A stretch of 64,000 nt of DNA from Candidatus Eiseniibacteriota bacterium (lineage in GTDB: Bacteria > Eisenbacteria > RBG-16-71-46 > CAIMUX01 > WJJG01): positions 58,340 through 122,339 of the forward strand of contig JAGMBO010000008.1 of NCBI GenBank assembly GCA_023129715.1. Direction: 5' to 3'. The translations under genes and the position numbers were made by a program. Of the stretch, positions 63,163 through 64,000 are shown in pieces. Numbering within the stretch: position 1 is the stretch's first letter; every line of letters begins with the position of its first letter. The notes under the pieces are model-generated. The model saw only the letters and a program-made list of their open reading frames with translations, had not been told where the DNA came from and searched no databases.

Positions 63163-63356
63163 ACGCCGAAACGCACGTACTGGGGCGCGGAACGCACGAC
63201 AGCGACGGGCGGTTCCAGTCTTCCACGGATTGGACGTGTCGCGTGAGTCCCCGGCATAGCAACCGGTTGCAGCGGACGGCGTTTGACGCCGCCGCTGAGC
63301 CGGAGCGTTAGGCTGCGGCTCGGGGCACGGAAACGGACAGGAATGGGGAAACCGGC

Positions 63357-63566
63357 ATGAAAGAACGGGCAGTGATTATCCCAGTGATCATCATAGTCAA
63401 TGCCTGCATATGGGGCTTCGCTATGATCATGTCGTCGCACACGCTGAGCGGCACCACTGCGTACCAGCAGATCCAGCACATCCTCGGTGGGTGCGCGGCG
63501 GCTTCGTTGCTGGTTGTGGGAGGCGGCATTGCCGGGATGTCAAGGAAGCCGAAGTCGGAGGAGTAG
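63357..63566 (+). CDS. small hypothetical membrane protein
   Basis: 69-aa ORF with two hydrophobic helices (VIIPVIIIVNACIWGFAMIM; AAASLLVVGGGIAGM). Confidence 0.25.
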   Translation: MKERAVIIPVIIIVNACIWGFAMIMSSHTLSGTTAYQQIQHILGGCAAASLLVVGGGIAGMSRKPKSEE

Positions 63567-63744
63567 GCACTGTCTGTCTGATTGTGTCGGCGTCTTCGGC
63601 GAGTGAGTTCCCTGCAGCCTAACTCGGATGCTGCCCCTGGGGCAGTGGGCGGCACTGGGGTCACGGAGATACCGTCCACGCATGCCCTCCGCGCCTGGAG
63701 CTCACGCGCGGTTGCCCGGGTCCGTGTCACAAGGGAGTATGCGG

Positions 63745-64000
63745 ATGAGAACGACCCTGATGATCCTCGGCGGCGCACTCCTCGTAGCTTCGATCATCCC
63801 AGCCATCTCGCTCGGTGAGGATGCGCCTGGGGACCGAGTTACCTACGACAACAAGACGTATCCGCTTTTTCCCGGCAGACTGGCCGAAGAACCTCGAGTA
63901 CCCTCTCCGTTGATCACAGAGGACGGCAGAGAGATCGTCACCTGCTTTACTCTGGATGGCAGGTACTTCCTGGTTCCTGTCACGGTTGAGAACGGTGAGC
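63745..64000 (+). CDS. hypothetical secreted protein, 5' partial (runs off window end)
   Basis: ATG followed by MRTTLMILGGALLVASIIPAISLGEDA (signal peptide). Open to the window end in this frame. Confidence 0.35.
   Translation, partial: MRTTLMILGGALLVASIIPAISLGEDAPGDRVTYDNKTYPLFPGRLAEEPRVPSPLITEDGREIVTCFTLDGRYFLVPVTVENGE

Noticed and set aside
1-64000. tRNA, rRNA, tmRNA or riboswitch-like elements
   Set aside because: No T-loop/D-loop consensus pairs (GGTTCGAATCC-type) in a tRNA-like context, and no rRNA-like conserved stretches.

Overview
High-GC (~65-70%) bacterial contig, probably from an FCB-group or Gemmatimonadota-like organism. Three predicted secreted proteins carry C-terminal type IX secretion (T9SS) sorting domains. 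Left to right the window holds: a citrate-synthase-like fragment; a three-subunit molybdopterin oxidoreductase (PsrABC/SoeABC-like, catalytic subunit without a Tat signal); a CoA-transferase-GNAT fusion; a secreted tandem class-II glutamine-amidotransferase-like protein; ornithine aminotransferase; and a PflX-like radical SAM protein. Next comes a complete type 1 BREX anti-phage locus on the minus strand (brxA-brxB-brxC-[insert]-pglX-pglZ-brxL, ~17.3-32.9 kb) with lower GC than its flanks. The insert between brxC and pglX is a DUF4062/HATPase_c_4/wHTH gene (COG2865-like lacking the Schlafen/AlbA_2 head) plus ~600 nt of repeat-bearing non-coding DNA. It is the best candidate for an undescribed embedded defence or regulatory module. 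Downstream are an M16 peptidase, a divergent SHMT-like gene, a fused NfnAB-like oxidoreductase, a 909-aa protein ending in a complete GreA domain, a C25 gingipain-like peptidase, a Tat+T9SS-targeted HisC-like aminotransferase, a beta-helix protein and a lower-GC tail (59.5-63.6 kb). One 5'-nucleotidase-like lipoprotein gene carries an in-frame TGA. No rRNA, tRNA or CRISPR array was recognised. Several short tandem-repeat arrays lie in promoter regions.
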